Shown here: one piece after another, positions 24,441-37,174 of the stretch
Layout: each line of letters begins with the position of its first letter
Position numbering within the stretch: the stretch's first letter is position 1
The notes under the pieces: model-generated
What the model saw: only the letters and a program-made list of their open reading frames with translations
Told to the model about the DNA's origin: nothing
The model's database searches: none
NCBI RefSeq assembly: GCF_018350175.1
Contig: NC_058368.1
Span: forward strand, 236,780,001-236,844,000
DNA from: Felis catus
Taxonomy: Eukaryota
Direction of reading: 5' to 3'
DNA length: 64,000 bases
Program-made: the position numbers and the translations under genes

Positions 24441-27400
24441 TGGACTCCCTTCCTGGATGATGGCCCCTGGAGGAGGTATCTAGGGACATCTTGGTCTTCG
24501 ACCAAATGGTCGTCCTGGACGCCCTCTTCTGTGCAGCGCAGCCGAATGCCCACGCGGACTGCTTCATTACTGGGACTGAGGGGTTTTCATGTGCCTCCCA
24601 AGCACAGAGGATCTGTAAGAAACAGTGAGCAGAGAACCCCCCGTGTTCCAGCAGCATAGGAGCGATTCAGGGTCCTATCCCCCGCCCCCAATGTTCCATT
24701 GTAACACATCACCTGTGCAAAGGCAAAAGGTGTTTTTGCACCTCACCCACATAGATTTCCAAGTGCAAAAGAGTATCTGGTGGGTCAAGTTCACCATTCC
24801 TGACTGCCAAGAATGGAAAGCAGGGCAGGCTCTCACGAGCTGGGAGCCTCCGAGATGGCTATAATGATTTATATTTAGGTGTAACCCCAACTAAAAGCAC
24901 AGAGCCGAGAATACAACCATGGTTTCTTCTGGAAAACAGTGGGGGAAAACAACATGGCTGGTTGCATCCTCCAGGCACAGAACAACCACCTCCGATCCAT
25001 CCGTCCAAGCAGTCAGGAAGGAGGAGTATTGTTACCACGCAGAGTTGTACCAAACACAAAGTTTCCGTGTACACGGAGGGGAGGAAATCTCATGGAAAGT
25101 TCAACCATTCCAAAAATGAAGCTCGTAAAATATTTTTGAGCAAATGACTCTGCTTTTAACAGTTATTTACTGGATTTTATAGCTCAATGTTAACCCAAGT
25201 CATAAAATTATAATGACTTAGACTGTGCAAAAGTAGCAATGCTTTTCAATTTTCATTCCCAGAATAGCAATGCATGGCTTTAATGTTTAGTTGGGGTTAC
25301 TTGGATGTCCCCAAAAGTGTGTTATGCATTGCTGTAGAAATTAGAATTAATTCAACAGAAAAATAAAAGACATTACTTCTCTCCCCTCCTTCCCACCTTC
25401 AACCCGACAACATGGCCCTTTGTCCTCCTGTCCCCCATGTGCCAGCCCAGCTAATGAGGCTGACACCAGGCAGGAGGCAGGAGCAAACTTTAATGACTTT
25501 CTCCTGGACTTGCCTGACATCCAAGGCAGCCATTTGCGTGATAGATCTTCTCCAAAGGGAAAACTTTGCTTTTGCTAAATTCCTAGCAGAATTGACTCGT
25601 TACTGTTCAAAGTGACAAAAGATAAGTGTGCCCTCAAGACAAGGCAGCATCAGATCCTGAAAGGTGGAAAGGGTGGAAAATGCCCCAGAGGATTGCAAGT
25701 CTGTGTCTCACCTGGAAGGAAGCAGGAAGCGCTCGTCGCTGGGCCCCCAGGGAGCCATCCCAGCTCCAGGTAAAGGCAGGAAGGGCTTGGGCAGTCCAGC
25801 TGGATGTCCCCACACCAACAGAAGGACACAGCCCTCCACTGTCCCTGCCTGTTACCCCTGGACCCCAGCCACTGCCATTGCTTCTAATTCCTCCCTCAGC
25901 TCCGTCGGGAGTGTCCGTGGGGTTTCTGAGCCGCGCGAGCCATTTGCCGGGAGCTCCAGTCCTCGCGTGTGGGGACAGCTTCACCCCGAAGTCACATGGC
26001 GCAGCCTTGCCTCTCTGGCCCTGTGATGGAGTGGGTATTGCCACATGCCTGACTCAGCTGAGGAATCAGGTCAACGGGAACTAAACTCCGATTACAACTG
26101 AGCGTCTCCTGACAGCCACCTGTCACGAGCCAGGGTGGTAAAACCACACTGTGTGGGGGGCGGGGGGTACCCGCCCTTGATTCTCGGAGCCCTGCAGGGG
26201 ACAGAGGGGAGAGGAGAGAACGAAGGAACCCACACAACTGGAAGAGATTCCCCACTACCCCTGAGGACAAGCTCATCAACCCCCTTAGAATTCCAAACCT
26301 TGCGGCCGGAGACGGGAAACCGTCAAGAGAGGTGCTGACCATTCGCCAGACTGCTGAATGGTCCTCATCTCTGGGACCTCTCCCTCCGAGGGAACAGAAA
26401 AACGCAGAAGGGAACCAACATTTGTGAAGCACCTACTATGCCCCAGAGGCTGTGCGAGGAGCTGCCCACGGCTCATCCCCTCATGGTCCCGTCGGGCACT
26501 CAGGTGGGTAGGGGCGCCTGACACCAAAGGCTCGGCATCTTCCCCAAGGTCAGGCTGCTAGAGGGGGCAGCAGCGACTGCCACCCACATCCGTCTGCCTC
26601 GGGGTCCTTCTGCGCCGTGGCAAGAGCGCCCCAGAGGAGGAGCACCTCTTCCCGACACACGTAAGCTGAGCTTGCTGCTGCCCCCCGCCGCCCCCCCCGG
26701 TCCTCACGTGGGGAACAGGGGGCGGAGGGCAAGCGCCGTCTAAAGAGTAAGCCCCATCTCTGCCCTGAGACCCTTGTGTACCTGAGAGAGTACATGGAGG
26801 GGTAAGTCAACCCATGGCCATCTCTCCGGTTTCCTCGGGCCCCGGAAGAAATGGCGCGTCCAGGGCTCTCCGTCGCCGCGGCTGGGGAACGTCGAGCCAT
26901 TTCAACCATCAAAAAGGGCATCTTCGTGCACTGCAAAGAGCTGAGGCCGACCGTGAGAAAAGCCTTTGCTGAGAGAAATCATCCCCACTTACATCCTTGC
27001 CTTGTACAAAGCATCTTTTATCACGATACAGCCGGATATGAGATGCACTTTCTGGGTTGAGAGCTCCGTGAGCTCCCACTTACGAACTAAAAGCTGCGGG
27101 AAAAGCTTCCACATTTCTGGAAGCAGTACCCACCTGGGCACCCCTTCTGGGCCAGGGGGCGAAACAGAGCTGAGGCCCTTGGGGGGGCAGGGGGCATCCC
27201 GGGAGAGGAATGTGGCAGCGAAGGTCTCTGCCGGCCCCCGCCCCCGGCCTCCCCTGCCCCGCCGGCCCTCTGGAGCCCAAGGCCCAAGCTGTTTTCCTGT
27301 GATGAGGAAGGGGGTGCAGGGAGCCTGCCCCTGACAGGTCCACGCAGCCTTCTCCAGGGTCCCTCCATCGAGGCTGGGGAGCCCATGTCCTGGGCTTGCA

Positions 27401-29061
27401 CTGGGGACACTGATCCGTGTCGTCCTCCACGGGGATGCTGACCTCTGACCTCTGTCCTCCAGAGGCACACGCAGCACTCGGGGGCTTGATGTCACAGCCC
27501 CTGACAGAAATCGCGTCCAAAACGGGGACTCCAAAGGCAGGGTGGAGATTTCCAAATGCTCTAGGCCAGCTGCACGGTTTCTACTCATTTCTGGACTCTA
27601 GGTACTCCACCAGCTTTCCAGCTGAAATGACCTCTGCTGGAGAACGAGGGGCAAAGACAGAGACAGGGCCACTCTAGCAACGCCAGGGGGCCCGGGACAG
27701 CCCGGCTGCTCCAGCCCGTCCCTACAGACGGGGTCAGGAGGAAGACCCGGGCTCAGCCACCGGGCCTCCTGGTCCACGCAGGACGGTGGACACATGCCTC
27801 CCTGCTGCCCGCTTTGCTTCCCAGTGCGGCGGGGGCTGACTGCTGGGGAGGACCCTGACCTCGAGGGGCGGCAGGGCCTCCATCACCACGTGACCGACCG
27901 GAGCCCGGACCCGCGGGCACGAGGGGGGACTGCCGGATCCCCCTCCGAAGGCTCTGACCGACCGCACACAAGTGCAGGGGTGGGCCCGCGGGGGGGGGGG
28001 GGGGCGCAGGGGGAGAGAGGGTGGTGCCCAGGTTGTTCCCACCAAGGTGTTTCTCGGAGTCAAAGGTGCCCCCCCCCCCGGTTTCAGCTTGGGCCACATG
28101 AGGAGGGGGTGACTCTGCACCCAGATCACAGGCAGCCCAGCCATTCGGTGCAAGACGTTCCCGCTTAAAAGCAACACTCTGAAGGGCAGTTTAGCTAAAT
28201 CCCTCCATCGTGGACTGTAATTCCTCGCGACAGCGACATGTGCTCTTGGTGCCTCCACCAAGAAGACACTCCCAGGGTCCTCACTCCACAAGACTCAAGA
28301 AGTCTACACCCAGCAAGGCTCAACCTCCATCGCCTCCCTCCACTGCCCCCCAAGAATGCCCCTCCCCCCACAGCTCCCATAAGAGCTCCCCTCCCCCACG
28401 GCCCCCAACTCCGGCCCGCCCCCCCCCCTCGGGCCCACGCAACCAAGTGCTTTTCCCGTTTCCCTGCCCCCAGCTCCACAGGCCTCGGGTCAGAGCTGAG
28501 TGCTCCCCGGATGGTGCTCTGCACACACCTCACTTTCCAGGTGCTCCTGGGTGTCAGGGGAGCCACCAAAGCACTAACTCACTCTCCTTCCCGCTTCTCC
28601 CTTCGTGGGTTGTTGAAAGCGGGGGGTCAGTTTAGGAGCTGGCTGCCTCCCAAGAAGCCCCTTTTCCAGCAGCAGGGCAAGCGTCCTCCCCCAGGACCTC
28701 CCGGGGCAGCAGGGGTGAGGCCCAGGGACACAGGTCCAGTGAACCATGACTGAGTGGCGGCAGGGACGGGACCGTCCTCCCGGCTCAGGTCAGGTCTCGA
28801 GGCTCGCTCCCCTCGGCACGATGGGGGAGACGGCCCTTCCGAGCCCCTCGCGCTGGGGCAGAGTCAGCGGGCAGGCCTGTACCAGGCCCGGGGCCGGTGA
28901 GGATGGCACGGGGTGCCGCCATGCTCCAGGGTGCGCAGTGGGACTGGCCTCCTGTCCGGAAGCTTCTGCCGGAACCCCAGAGTTGCAAACTTGAGGAAAA
29001 TGTATCTTCACACTTAAAGAGGGCCTGAAGGCTGAAGACTTATTCCCAGACCTTTCCCAGT

Positions 29062-29695
29062 GCACTGGGTTGAGTAGTGTCCCCCAAAATGTTAAGCACA
29101 AGCCCCAACTCCCAGAACCTATAAATGTGACCTCTTTGGGAAAAGGGTCTTTGCAAATATGATAGTTAAAAGTCTCTGAATGAGGGGCGCCTGGGTGGCC
29201 CAGTCGGTTAAGCGGCCGACTTCGGCTCAGGTCATGATCTCGCGGTCCGTGAGTTCGAGCCCCGCGTCGGGCTCTGTGCTGGCAGCTCAGAGCCTGGAGC
29301 CTGTTTCAGATTCTGTCTCTCCCTCTCTCTGACCCTCCCCTGTTCATGCTCTGTCTCTCCTTGTCTCAAAAATAAACAAAACGTTAAAAAAAAATTAAAA
29401 AAAAGAAAAGTCTCTGAATGAGATCATCCTGGACTGAGGCTGGGCTCTATGTCCCATGACAGGTGTCCTTACATGAGGGAGTCATAGAGAGATTTGAGTC
29501 TCAGACACACAGGGAAGGAGGCCAGGTGAGGACAGAGGCAGGGACCGGGGTGACGCGGCCACAAACTGAGAACCCCCTGGAGCCACCATGAGCTGAAAGA
29601 GGTGGGAAGCACAGTCTTATGACACCTTAACTTTGGACTTCTGGCCTCCAGACCTGTGAGCACGTAAACGTCTGTGGCTGTAAATTGCACTGGTG
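29062..29695 (+). mobile_element. MaLR solo LTR (MLT1B/C-like) split by a SINE
   Basis: gggttgagtagtgtcccccaaaat...aatgtgacc...agggtctttgca; ggacttctggcctccaga. Confidence 0.85.
29184..29405 (+). mobile_element. Can-SINE (SINEC_Fc), young
   Basis: CpGs retained; perfect 16-bp TSD aaaagtctctgaatga at 29168-29183 and 29406-29421. Confidence 0.97.
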
Positions 29696-30637
29696 AGTGA
29701 ATGAGTAGGAAAGCCCAGAAGATGGACCGATGAGAGGAACAGTAATGCTTACAGAATCAAAATTTGTAAAATACGTTATTTGTCCCAATTAAGCAAAGGA
29801 GAATCGCTAACCAAATAACTGGAGGTCCAAATGGTGACGGGTTACAATTGTTCGTGCCCGTGGTGGGGCAACTCTAGACGCTACAAGACCTCCGGACCTG
29901 TTTCACAATCCAAATATCCATGGCAGGATCTTGACTGCAGGAAGCCAGAAGCTGTTAACCTAAGGATGTGGTTTCCCCCATCATAGCCCTTGCGAGAGGA
30001 CCATCTGAGACATCCGTGAATGTCTTTATAAGGAGCTTCCACAGTAATTTCAAGAAATCAGTGTGATGTGCTGCTTGCCGATTATACTAAAATTCTGTAA
30101 TACAAACTAGACCAGGCTCCGATGTCTTTGAAATGCACTGTGTTAAAAATGGTAGGTACAGGTTAAAAGATACAGATTCGAACACCAGGATTTACATGAA
30201 ATTATCACACAGACTTTGATAGAGTCCTGGACTGATTCAAAAGAGCAAGTTTCATATGAAGCTGTCTCATTCTCTTTGAAACGGCCTTGATCGCCACATA
30301 GTCATCTATTAATTATATTACAGATAAGGTAAATAAAAGTGTTGCAATATGGAGATCACAGCCCCCTTTCTTCTTGTGGAGACGAAAGGTACGGTCTCCT
30401 GTGAAGTCTGCGGGCAGCGAGGGAGGATAAAGGTATCCTATAACTGAGAGACTGTATTTATTTTGACACGTGATGGAAAGATCTGAAGTTCAATAGCTGA
30501 GGGCAGAACTGGAAGGGGGCAGCACAGACGTGGCACGGGGGAAGGGGGGCCAGCGAGGGTGCGGATTTGAGGCCGGAGAACACGGTGAGGGAAACCTTGG
30601 GTTTCGAATACTTTTATCACTGCTGTCATTGTCGATG

Positions 30638-30837
30638 TTTGAATAGACTACTTTGTAGAGCAGATTTAGGTACACGACAAGACTGAGCGGGAGCACAGAG
30701 AGCTCCCATATACCCCGCCACACACAGGCACTGCATCCCCGCCATCAACACCCGACCCCAGAGCAGTGCACCTGTCACCATCAACGCACCTTCCTGGACA
30801 AGTCACTGTCACCCAAAGTCCATACTTTACATTAGGT
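30638..30837 (-). mobile_element. L1MC1-like 3' end
   Basis: aatagact...tagagcagatttagg...tcccatatacccc...tcacccaaagtccata. Confidence 0.8.
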
Positions 30838-30842
30838 CTTTT

Positions 30843-31044
30843 TGTAATTTTTTTTTAAAGTTTATTTATTTATTTTGGGTAAAAGACAGAGAGGGAGCAG
30901 GGGGAAGGGCAGAGAGAGAGGGAGAGAGAGAATCCCAAGCAAGAATCCCCCCGACATGGGGCTCCAACTCACGAACTGTGAGATCATGACCTGAGCCGAA
31001 ATCAAGAGTCAGACGCTTAACCAACTAAGCCACCCAGGCACCCC
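30843..31044 (-). mobile_element. Can-SINE
   Basis: Antisense body; TSD tacaKtaggtctttt at 30828-30842 and 31045-31059. Confidence 0.93.
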
Positions 31045-31068
31045 TACAGTAGGTCTTTTAAAATTATT

Positions 31069-31258
31069 AGAGTGGGAGAGAGCCAAAGCATAAGAGACTC
31101 TTAAAAACTGAGAACAAACTGAGGGTTGATGGGGGGTGGGAGGGAGGGGAGGGTGGGTGATGGGTATTGAGGAGGGCACCTTTTGGGATGAGCACTGGGT
31201 GTTGTATGGAAACCAATTTGACAATAAATTTCATATATTGAAAAAACATAAATAAAAT
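31069..31258 (+). mobile_element. Young feline L1 3'UTR stub
   Basis: cataagagactcttaaaaactgagaacaaactgagggttgatgggg...caatttgacaataaatttcat, A tail; TSD aaaattatt at 31060-31068 and 31259-31267. Confidence 0.92.
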
Positions 31259-31584
31259 AAAATTATTTTCATCATACAAATCATACCATATGTCCTAAAC
31301 TGTGACAGAGTGCTGTCCATCCGTGTGTGTGTTCTGGGCAAACGTGAGATCCACCCCAGGGACCCCGTCACTCACACTGGCACGTTCTGTGGCCTTGCTA
31401 CTGAAATTTTTCCATGGGGAAGGTGATTCAGAGTATCTGTTCTCAAATTTTAGAGGGGAGAAATACATCCCCTTATCCACGGGGCAAAATTTAGAGTCTC
31501 CACAGTCACTTACCAGTGTGGTTCAGTAAAGCCAGATTTGTCTTTTGGGGAAAGGGGAAGAGGCAAGGATGAATCCCAACAAAG

Positions 31585-31668
31585 AGTCCTTTGTCCTTCG
31601 CCGTATCGCGCACCTCGGAGTGTGGTTCGTAACAGGGTTTAAACAAGTATTTGTCGAGTGAGTGGGTC
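31585..31668 (+). mobile_element. L2 3' terminus, degenerate
   Basis: aagtatttgtcgagtgagtgggt resembles the L2 tail. Confidence 0.5.
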
Positions 31669-34049
31669 CTATGTTGTGTGTTGCCTTTTTTTGTTCTTGT
31701 TGCCACACCCCTATTACACCATAATGTTGGTGCACTTGCCTCTACTTTCCACGTTCCCGATGCTACAGGCATACTTTACTAACCTTATAGCTCCGCCTTT
31801 ACTGTAAGCATCGGAGACCATTTCTAGAATAGATGGGAAATAAGGAAATAAACTCACTAGAGCAAATGCATGCTTTGGATATCTCCATTAGGCTCAGTGT
31901 ATTGCATATAGGTAGAAGTCAAGTTCATAGCCTTATTTTTCACTGTGACTGTTTTTTGATTGCTTCAACTTGACGCACCTCAAAGAGCTTCTCAGAAAAT
32001 ACCACCCGCTTTAGGCTCTAAAAGGTTCTGAATGAATCATCTCCGTCCCCAGGTTTTCCTGTGATTCCTGCACACATCCATCCTGAGGAGATGTCTGAAC
32101 GTTCCAGATGCCAGAGATGACACCCTGCACCAGATGGTCATGGTCTCAGCCCAGAGGATGGGGCCTTGGTCTCCCTGGGAAAGGGGGAGCAAGGTAAAAG
32201 TCCCGGGGAGCTAGCAGCTCTGAATCTATATAAACGTGTTTTGAGAGTCAACCCGAAAATATTTCTAAAAAATAAACTTCATCAGAAACTCAGAGCTACT
32301 TTTTGGCACATTGTTGAGAAAGAAATAATTACTTCCGGGTAAAGGCTTTTTTTTAAACAGTATCTTAGAAACCATCCGAATGAAGATGGAAATTGCAACA
32401 AAGGAAGAGTAAGACGCGGCCTCGGCCTGAGGGTCTGAGAATACAGAGGTCTTGGCGGTAGAGCCCTAGGCGTCTAAAGAAGGCTGGTTGACGTCTGAGC
32501 TCCTCACATCAGGTTCCACACTGTGATGCTAGCACAGCTGGGGAAGAGCAGGGGTGGGGGGTGTTCACGTGTGGCTTCTGTCTACAAGATGACGTGTCCA
32601 CTTGTGCAGGTAGCCTCTGGAATTCGGAGATGTGTACCTGCAGAGCGGCCACAAGGAGCAGAAGAAGAGAAGGCCTAGTCCCTTGAGTCTCCATCAGGTC
32701 CCCCCAAAAATGTCCCAAATAAAACTAACTAAATAAAATCTCTCGCCACAGAAACACAGTTTCGAGACACAACCCCAGTCCAATGTCTCACCATAATGCC
32801 GCCCCTGGGCCCCAGCATGAAAATTCCAGAACGATCGGAGACTGACACCCCACTGTTCCATAGGAGCGAGGGGTCACATAGCCCAGGACAGTGTGACAGA
32901 ACTCTGGCCACACCCTGCTGTCAACACCGCCACACGGGCTCTGACTGACCCACCCACTAAACTGTCATCTACGTTCCATTCGAAACCACTTTTCAGCTAC
33001 AGCTTTTCACGTTATTTATGTTTTGCTGATGCCACGACCGTAAGGATAAACAGCAGCCACGACCCATTTGTAGCTATGGAGAACCCAAGCTCATAAAACC
33101 TGGCTTAGCTAGCTGATTAATCACGATCTCTGCATCCAGAGGGGGAAAAAATTAAACAAACTCTGGTTGGCAGAAGTGGACACAACAGCATAGGAAGCTT
33201 TGTAATCTTAAAATGGCCGCTATCAACGCAACGACGGCATTTTGGGTGGAAGAGTCGATTTTTTTTCCCTTCCCTCCCGTTAACCTCTCGAGCCACCTCC
33301 TTCGGTTCCCTGGGCTCAGATGACACAACTCACTGTGAAAGCTGGACAGAAGCGGCCCTGGGCGTGGCCACAGGAAACGCAAACCCATTTTGTTAGCAAA
33401 GGCCGCTTTACCCCCATGACCAAATCACCCCTTTCAATTCCACTGGTTAGTCCTCAAAATTCCCCAGGAAAAGAGGCACGTTGTTTCCATTCATAATGCA
33501 AGAAGGCATGAGTGTCAGTTGGGCATTTCTGGAGAAGAGGTTTGTGGCTCTGAGGTAACACAAACTCAAGGGCGCAGGGTGGCGAAGGAGGCTGGTCTGT
33601 CCCAGGGAAGTGAGCCTGTAGCAGCCACAGGTGCTTGTGGAACAGAAAGCATTTTTCTTCTCCTGATACCGACGGGCATGGAGGCCGCGTGCTCCGCGCG
33701 GCGGTGACGTGATGGCTTTGGTGCCAACAGCGTGGGGTCCCCAGTGGAGGCAGAGATGCGTTGCTCAGACAGCTGGTGAGGACCAGAGGACCTCTCCCTG
33801 GCCCCTGAGCGCTGTCCACAGGAGTAAGCCGGCTGCCTTCACCCAGTCACACTCCCTCGTTGGGGTCCCATCCCCAGTTGCCCGGCCCCTCCCCGCATCC
33901 CTGGGAGCTCCCGTGGGCAGGCTGCCCCTTCCCCTCCATAGACGTCCAGCGCAGCTCTCCCAGCTCAGTCTCCAGGGTGCTCACCTCCCCCATCCAGGGT
34001 CCGACTGCATGGAACCGGGCTGCACGGGCTCACCACAGGGTTCCGGTGC

Positions 34050-34190
34050 CTGTGGCTGTGTCACCCGGACAGCTCACGAAGCATCTCAATCTCAGTGTCC
34101 TCATCTGCAAAATGGGAATAATAATAGCGCCTGCCTTGGAACTCTTCCTGCCACGCAGGGATTGAATGGTTTAAAACTTTAGTTATTATT
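34050..34190 (+). mobile_element. MIR
   Basis: ctcagtgtcctcatctgcaaaatgggaataataatag core. Confidence 0.75.
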
Positions 34191-34354
34191 ACACACAGGA
34201 TTACGTGATGGCCTGAGCGGGTTATGGCCAGAAAGGGCTCAGGGTTTTTTTCCATTGATAAAACGGACACTCCGTGCTCTCTCTTGAGAACCACAGCGGA
34301 AAGTGTGTGAGTGTGTGAGTGTGCGTGTGTGTGTGTGCACTTTATTTTTGGCAA

Positions 34355-35520
34355 GGGACAGCCACTGGGAGCACATGATGATCAGAATAATGTGAAATGT
34401 GATATGAGTTACATTTGAAAAGCCCTCCCTGGCTGCCCTTACCTTGTCAAGCGGCAAGACAAGAGGAGAGGCCAACAGGCCTTTCCAGTAACCCAGGTGA
34501 GAGCAGCAGGTGATGCAGGGGACAGGCTGTGGGTGAGGGAGGGGCCCAGGATCAGGGAGAGAGGTGTTGGGGGCAGGCGATGGGGTGAAAGAAAGAGATA
34601 GCCCTGTGTTTCCCACCTGAGCACGGGAGAATGGCGGACCTGTTCATTTTGAAAGGTAGAGAACATGTGCGGCAGGTCTGAGGCAAAGGAGATCAAGGAC
34701 ACCTTTGGACACCGGGGCTGCAGTGCCCGTGGGACACGGACGTGCAACCACACAGGGGCATTCAGCCAGGCCCAGGCTACTTGATCTACAGTTCTGTGCA
34801 CAGTGATGCTCCTTAGGGTGGCCAAGTGGACACAGTCGCTGAGGGACAGTGCCGCTGGGCGTGAGAAGACACCCTCGAATCGCCCCAGAATTCGCATCCA
34901 GGAGGAGCCAGTAGGAATGACGGGAAAGAGGCGGCCAGGGAGCTGGCGAGGACAAGGGACAGGTGAGCGATGCTGGCAGCCAAGCTGGGACAGTGCTTGC
35001 AGCCAGAGGACCAGCAGTGCCAAGGGGCACGGAGGGGAAGGACGCCAGCACGGTGCTTGACGGGGGGTCGCGGTGGCCTTGGCAGGAGCCGGGTAGGCAG
35101 AGAGGTGAGGCACGTGGTTTCTTCAAGGCAACTCAGGAGAGAACAGCAGGAAGGGGCGGAGGGACGGCGGGCAGCCATCCCAAGGCGTTTGGAATGAAGA
35201 CACAGTCAAACTGAACAAGGGCGTAAGATCAAGACAGCAGGGCATCTGTTTGTTGGTTTTAGAAGGAGATATTAGAATATGTTCGCGTGCACATGAAAAC
35301 AATCCAGGAGACGGAAAATACTGCAGAAGAGAGAGGCTGTATGTGGCAAAGCGGAGGCTTGATACAAGGAAGGGTACGTGGTCCCCGGCAGGAAAGCGGC
35401 CTCTGGTCTCAGCGCGGGGACGCTTCCTCCCCGTCACAGGGAGGGCAGGTCTGGGGTCTCAGGCTTGGTGGTCGGAGGCTGAGGGGGCTCTTGTCTGACA
35501 CGGGCCATCAGCGGGAGTAG
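34355..35520 (-). mobile_element. L2 ORF2 remnant, ~1.1 kb
   Basis: Purine-rich antisense L2; minus translation SHLGYWKGLLASPL echoes L2 SHLDYCNSLL-GLP. Confidence 0.7.
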
Positions 35521-35879
35521 AGGTGCCCGGCTTCAGGAAAGAAATGTACAGGGGTCACAATAATGGGAGAACAATTCACAGGCACAGACAGCAAGCCACG
35601 CTTCAGCTCCATCCGTGGCTCCCCGTGGCTGACCATGGGCTTGGATGGACCCCACACAGGAGTTGTGTCCCTAAGTGTGTCCTGTGTTGCTCTGTCTACG
35701 TCTGTAGGCATAGCATGGCTAGACTTCCAAACATGAGTAGGTTCGTCGTAGATGTGAACTCTTGCTGAGAGTCCCATGGATGTCTAATCTCACTGGCCTC
35801 GTGGAATCTCACAGACGGAGGGAACGGTGGGCAGGCACGGTGGGTGGCTAACACTTGGCTCGCCCCTCCACCTGTCCCC

Positions 35880-36310
35880 ACCCCGCTCACCCCAGTGACA
35901 TGTCTCCGGGACAACCTTCACATGGCACAGAATCCCATCCGGGCCAGGTCGGCCCAAAGAACAACCTGCCCTTAGGCTTCTGGGAAAGGCTTCCTTTGCT
36001 TCTAAAAGCTCAGGAGTTCAAGAGGCAACATCTGTCTTCCTTGAAAGTTGAGGTTACAGGCATATGACCCCCGGAACTGCCCAGGCTTGACTGTGGCCTC
36101 GATGGACACATTTCCTCACCTCCCACTGGCCAAGGAGGCAGGCCAGAAGGAATGGAGGGCCTGGGTCTCCGGCATCACCACGGGTCTGCTCACCAAGCCC
36201 GGGCCACCTGTGTCTCGAGGACAGTACCGTGGGACAGTAAATGTCGTCAGCGCGCCTTCCACTTGTACTTGGACATCGTCCCGTACAGAAGACGTGCTAC
36301 GCGCTGTGGT
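35880..36310 (+). mobile_element. Old MaLR LTR remnant (MLT1I/J/K-like)
   Basis: gcttctgggaaagg...ggaactgc...cctgggtc degenerate similarity. Confidence 0.4.
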
Positions 36311-36732
36311 CACAGTGGTGTGCAGTCTAACCCCATTGTACATATTGACTTCTTCAGTCCTAAGTGCGTATGAACGTATGCGTATGGGTACAATGCACAC
36401 GTGTTTATTTAGGGGCTATGAAATTGTCTGTTTTGTACTTGTAGAAAAGAAAACTGGGTTTGACTCCATTGTACTAAATGACACCAAGGTCCTGTCCCGA
36501 TCTAAGACGTGGGGGAGGGGCTGAGCCGGCGTCCCAGGAGCAGAGGCCTCAGCACAGCCTAAGCTCTGCACCCCCGTGTCCGTGCATTTCCACACAGCTC
36601 GCTTTCTCCCATTACTGGGGAGTGTAATATAAGCGTGTGTGCCAGTAATGAGAAGAACCTTCCAGAGAGGACGTCCGGAAAGGATTCAGTGAGAGAGAAC
36701 TGAACAAGGTAAATTTAAGAATGGAAATTGTT

Positions 36733-36950
36733 GGGGCACCTGGGTGGCTCAGTTGGTTAAGCATCTGACTTCGTCTCAGGTCCCGATCTCACTGCTTGTG
36801 GGTTCGAGCCCCGCATCGGGCTCTGTGCTGACAGCTCGGAGCCTGGAGCCTGCTTCAGATTCTGGGTCTCCCTCTCTCTCTGCCCCTCCCCTGCTTGCGC
36901 TCTCTCTTTCCCTCTCAAAGAATAAATAAACATCAAAACAAAAAAATTTT
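36733..36950 (+). mobile_element. Can-SINE, first of tandem pair
   Basis: Full body; outer TSD aatggaaattgt at 36720-36731 and 37175-37186. Confidence 0.95.
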
Positions 36951-36951
36951 A

Positions 36952-37174
36952 GGGGCGCCTGGGTGGCTCAGTCGGTTAAGCATCTGACTTCAGCTCAGGT
37001 CATGATCTCACAGTTCATGGGTTCCAGCCCCGCATGGGGCTCTGTGCTGACAGCTCAGAGCCTGAAGTCGGCTTCTGATTCTGTGTCTCCCTCTCTCTCT
37101 GTTCCTCCCCCGCTTATGTTCTGTCTCTCTCTCTCCTTCAAAAATAAATAAGAAAACATTAAAAAAAATTTTTT
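36952..37174 (+). mobile_element. Can-SINE, second of tandem pair
   Basis: Full body directly after the first tail; aaaaaatttt on both sides. Confidence 0.95.
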
